Positions 28,901-29,366 of a DNA stretch of 29,366 nt are shown piece after piece (position 1 is the first letter of the stretch; each line of letters starts with the position of its first letter). The stretch spans positions 1-29,366 of the IMG/VR virus record IMGVR_UViG_3300005611_001882, one strand, 5' to 3'. The notes under the pieces are model-generated. The model was not told the DNA's origin and made no database searches. It saw nothing but the letters and a program-made list of their open reading frames with translations. The DNA is from a virus (lineage: Duplodnaviria > Caudoviricetes). The translations under genes and the position numbers were made by a program.

Positions 28901-29366
28901 CTAGGGTCTACGGTTTGGGTGTCTAGGCAAGCAGGCGGGTTCGAGCTTAGTGACGCAATAAAGATTCTGTCTGTCCTTACAGACGGCGGACGAAACATTT
29001 CGGTTCCCGATCAGCTCAAAGCTCATAGCCGCAAGGTGTTGGGAGTTGAGATCAAAGCTGGCGAACCCAAGGCGCTCGATGATCCCGCGACGTACTCGCT
29101 CCCGCGCCGAATCACGACCGTCACCGAATCCGCCGCGTTCAAGAGTTGGTTCCGCGACTCGAAGGTGGTGGACGCGGACGGGAAGCCGCTCGCGGTGTAT
29201 CACGGGACAGATCGTGCGTTCACCGTCTTTGATCGGCTCGCCGCCTCGCGCATTTATGGCGGCAAGCCTGACATGAACGCCGTTGGGTCTTGGTTCTCTT
29301 CCAGCCCTGATGCGGCCAGGCAGTACGCACGCCGCGCATCCGTGATGCCAGTCTTCCTAAGCATCA
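19946..29366 (+). CDS. giant (>3140 aa, 3'-truncated) DarB-like polyvalent ejection protein: degenerate zincin, Mom/XF1762-like GNAT, N6-adenine MTase, second SAM-MTase, Strawberry-notch SF2 helicase, ART-PolyVal
   Basis: ATG 19946 (MQQQSAFELAK). In-frame motifs: EELFH 21449, HDKHH/LVTYS/KVRWE 22454-22909, YEPTAGHG 23198, NPPF 23414, DIGGGKYD 24569, NVLNVI 24725, GDQTGVGKGR 25535, DESH 25970, QALGRIHRTGQ 27197, YHGT 29198. Its absence from the ORF track is consistent with having no in-window stop. Confidence 0.9.
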   Translation, partial: MQQQSAFELAKQAFQQSSGSSLETTPEPSLPMEGGLLQPEGEETSAFDLAKRSLRETPEGFGEGFTSVFSEAWESGSWKEAIPFFGSAYTADKYATLWSAADRLERGTQTREDEDLLLAFLSESQKPSGIGRMVGDILLNLPGFAIEFWLSGGLLKLGTKGAASLAGKGLREAIEKTAQRGTLKAFSGQLAKRSASGAIKEGAIGVTRSVAGSAAQLGVMAGLQEAAGGSRIRGNAWRRAMPQMSLSEEDAGRLAITFHSTTGEFMDALPQAVLDELIEVYSERSGEALLAGASKIPGWAKVQAMMGAVAENWTKKHPGGIRSLLSTVSSKTGWHGPIGEFLEERFGGALRGATGVEEGGVIENTFPGLDQMAAELIAFSVPTAAGTGVQLATDVPAADYENRFADRAGEAKTLSGPLKKEEIEAGVADLSSREGVAFNVVEAPDKEAAKEAEAVAKARGADIVWVSSEDGSPLPFNAALLREGVIAMDANAAESPAQVVLEELFHDLREKDQALHDELAQAVRDIDKDSFEEYLEEYKALYKEVFGRELAEEAELTEGLGGYAQMHAGLLYLASTKNGREALAKLVQNKRSFVQRLVDWMKEVSGTLGLGLRTTQQKRLEALDRLLGVEGMTTVQSAEAALLLGDAFQTTVGVAPPTMRLGPGAPRSTTQLEEPQGSPETTEQQEGEESEEADGQTDPVPGTDEQPQEAPPEQEADAPASAPLSERQPKRAKKLAAQARERVRKEWAQYENVGVDAPALTFLIRDYLGEYAGDPPFDDPEELERNAVEEAELLGIAGTNFPEILAELAGPVSAGGSSLEEVALERADKAVRESGELYAVELDKDEHGELINKWHDKHHKTREKLNPRYQHALAVMAGDELLAVATLGTPTGRWAKEKQGKIVELQRVISSGSRKNASSLAAAQSIEWAKRNGLTLVTYSEIQEAGSTYKALQEPRKDGYHLRPTSLRPARQSRAGKPEPEKVRWEAGPLAGEAIELPGQPQKKSRSREEQEAEEIEIVSRAREEIGKGGTPQQIFRRLVALYKNQRRPKIRTSETVLRQQYSTPIPLAYLASQLAGVEAEDVVYEPTAGHGMLLVGVPGSALESAQLNEIDADRAARLEAYLEERFGPTEGGRPRVSVQDATEHTPNVTPTVVLANPPFGKVAGESRGKPKSWSVRIGSKTLKTTTIDHAIVAKSLETLKDGGRAVFIIGSQKSLASGKERRQQEREKAYRVGATGRFFNALYDNWNVVQHVTIDGELYKQQGAAWPVDIIVIEGRGASKLERPREEAPEVLYDWKEIEKLLVPGRGESASSQRAGERGGTAVDAGVPESAPTTGAGVSEEGEAGGGTGASQAPGGDGGSGRTGMGSGQPESGGSGSRARLQQPDGTGVPDGRSGVSGESSQAAEDAANPPGGLVGATNDDLARLLDETIEEAYGEDAAPSAVEPGESEEAIEQAKEQLSPEKMAQEPESPEKEEGSGRDEDLDSIADLFSLPRRNVDPGEMWRADILEGAQSYTSERTSRKQVPAGRRMIDWQPGTINADIGGGKYDDFTDWLRERGVINKVYDPYNRSHVHNRVIIRGIANGKADTATVFNVLNVIREADVRQLVIAQAADAIKPDGVAVFQVYDGGSAKSGKGAQATKDGWQEFRKAHTYRDEVASWFGEVEIKGSSLIAKEPRKLQSGRAVFSLPRRDERYRKIAKTFVSSLEKRGVDPNDAKGIVTTLVGYFRDELKFTKERMEKVKGTVMLFMRDVQNGVYVWGSAKQRDRVETNPNNQALETDLQVPYEGMSQGNSMDTLMPKNLMTSMLRALRSLREEHGDIDEWVAEEMGWTTEELHQYLGQEQIDALAMALNSFSKNSGFILGDQTGVGKGRVVAALIRWTIRQGHTPVFLTQSPGLYAAMFRDLHDIGEESVNPFITNTTLQGGPIKLPARPSQKDKGEKDGDRVLRPVSAKKLKEIADHARDNGQLPGPFNAVFSTYAQSQFVGGKARDRHTILENIAPTTVWILDESHEAGGQQLTPADEKKIEEGEKMPRAVWIRRVTAKAIGVGYSSATFAKNPWVLSLYHKTDLSLAIPQDDEMMKITSGAIATGGVPMQQFISTLFSKAGQMVRRERSFEGVEFSEQIVEVDKQTVEYVSETLRDIFSLDMREMSGARSAFVELLQREGLEVAGDTAVGDAGASDTVGFTSVMHNLVASAYLSLKAPEVADAAIAEWKAGRKPTIFVNSTLGAALRTLMDANDLSVGDTIEDPSFKNVMKSALHRLRTLPIKDGDGKKVDERYIRDQDFALIGMHHALEAWNKSMQLVEGMDFAEMTLSPIDVMRERMEEAGMSVGELSGRDVRVRTTGDGQYRIERQKTGNAAKQERIARFNDGSLDALIFNVAAATGYSFHAGAKFLDQRRRVMFIAQAAQDINVFMQALGRIHRTGQVTERQEKETPWSVVGTQFESEDYGLPIFRLMYADTPGEMRPRAMVSAKLQALNANVTASAKGAANIEGAPSYMNKYGDAAAMQVLQEMDLVDTVSMGFFQDSEGKIVNSLGMPVPATDLARKLTGKSYVLPLQKQQELYDRLISLYEEKIEQLNAIGANDLEAPLLELDAKRLQVLLAQEADGPSPFQGAVFEERLDVLKLNPPESYEDIMEKVEKSDSVELLREAEEELPRRLEEMEDSAGSASELLATLEKKIESLVQKIETMDLQRSIDGKKKKNKKSEEQKELESELRGLRSRLNELNVLENAAKRDSVRLSEAAVFLRELSRKVVAGRPVQLSIKVDSDSETSDVGITDDGGKNTLYGVITKVGRHGRTVSALSPSDYYFEVYTNKSSAPLKVSFAAIKHKTVELNTSTGPVVKGRIDLERSSGREEVSVLTGNLLRAWAQFEKSGTLAMFKDSEGRVRSGVMLRGGKSVVDLLSEAPLRVSLEQAEKLMDAAGGVVVFGEGTKNRPAGMAIRLQNGNVSIKLSNAKGVRWMLDRLEASGHSFVQRSEPGSPLGSTVWVSRQAGGFELSDAIKILSVLTDGGRNISVPDQLKAHSRKVLGVEIKAGEPKALDDPATYSLPRRITTVTESAAFKSWFRDSKVVDADGKPLAVYHGTDRAFTVFDRLAASRIYGGKPDMNAVGSWFSSSPDAARQYARRASVMPVFLSI

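Noticed and set aside
19987-29276. Many short ORFs on both strands in the track, suggesting a gene-poor or decayed region
   Set aside because: They are shadow frames of the single giant ORF starting at 19946.
1-29366. CRISPR array, tRNA/rRNA, integrase, transposase, DGR or intron
   Set aside because: No regularly spaced repeats, RNA-gene signatures, or recombinase/reverse-transcriptase motifs were seen by eye, and intergenic space is minimal.

Overview
The window is a contiguous piece of a tailed dsDNA phage (or prophage) with podovirus-like virion architecture. A short leftward run of small, translationally coupled genes (one DUF3846-like) is transcribed divergently from a long rightward late operon. 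That operon reads: small terminase; a four-gene cassette including a full-length CxPxR (formylglycine-type) sulfatase; large terminase; portal; degenerate FmdB-like protein; scaffold; major capsid; capsid decoration/fibre; head-tail adaptor; a 1547-aa tail nozzle-like protein with a lower-GC lectin-like insert; a small coiled-coil protein; and two ejection-type proteins. The last 9.4 kb is one giant ORF missing from the supplied track because it has no stop inside the window (19946 to >29366, >3140 aa). By hand translation it is a DarB-like polyvalent protein with an ejection-like N-terminus, a degenerate zincin, a Mom/XF1762-like GNAT domain, an NPPF N6-adenine MTase, a second SAM-MTase bracketed by FSLPRR motifs, a Strawberry-notch SF2 helicase and an ART-PolyVal ADP-ribosyltransferase. 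All family calls come from motif recognition by eye, not from database searches.
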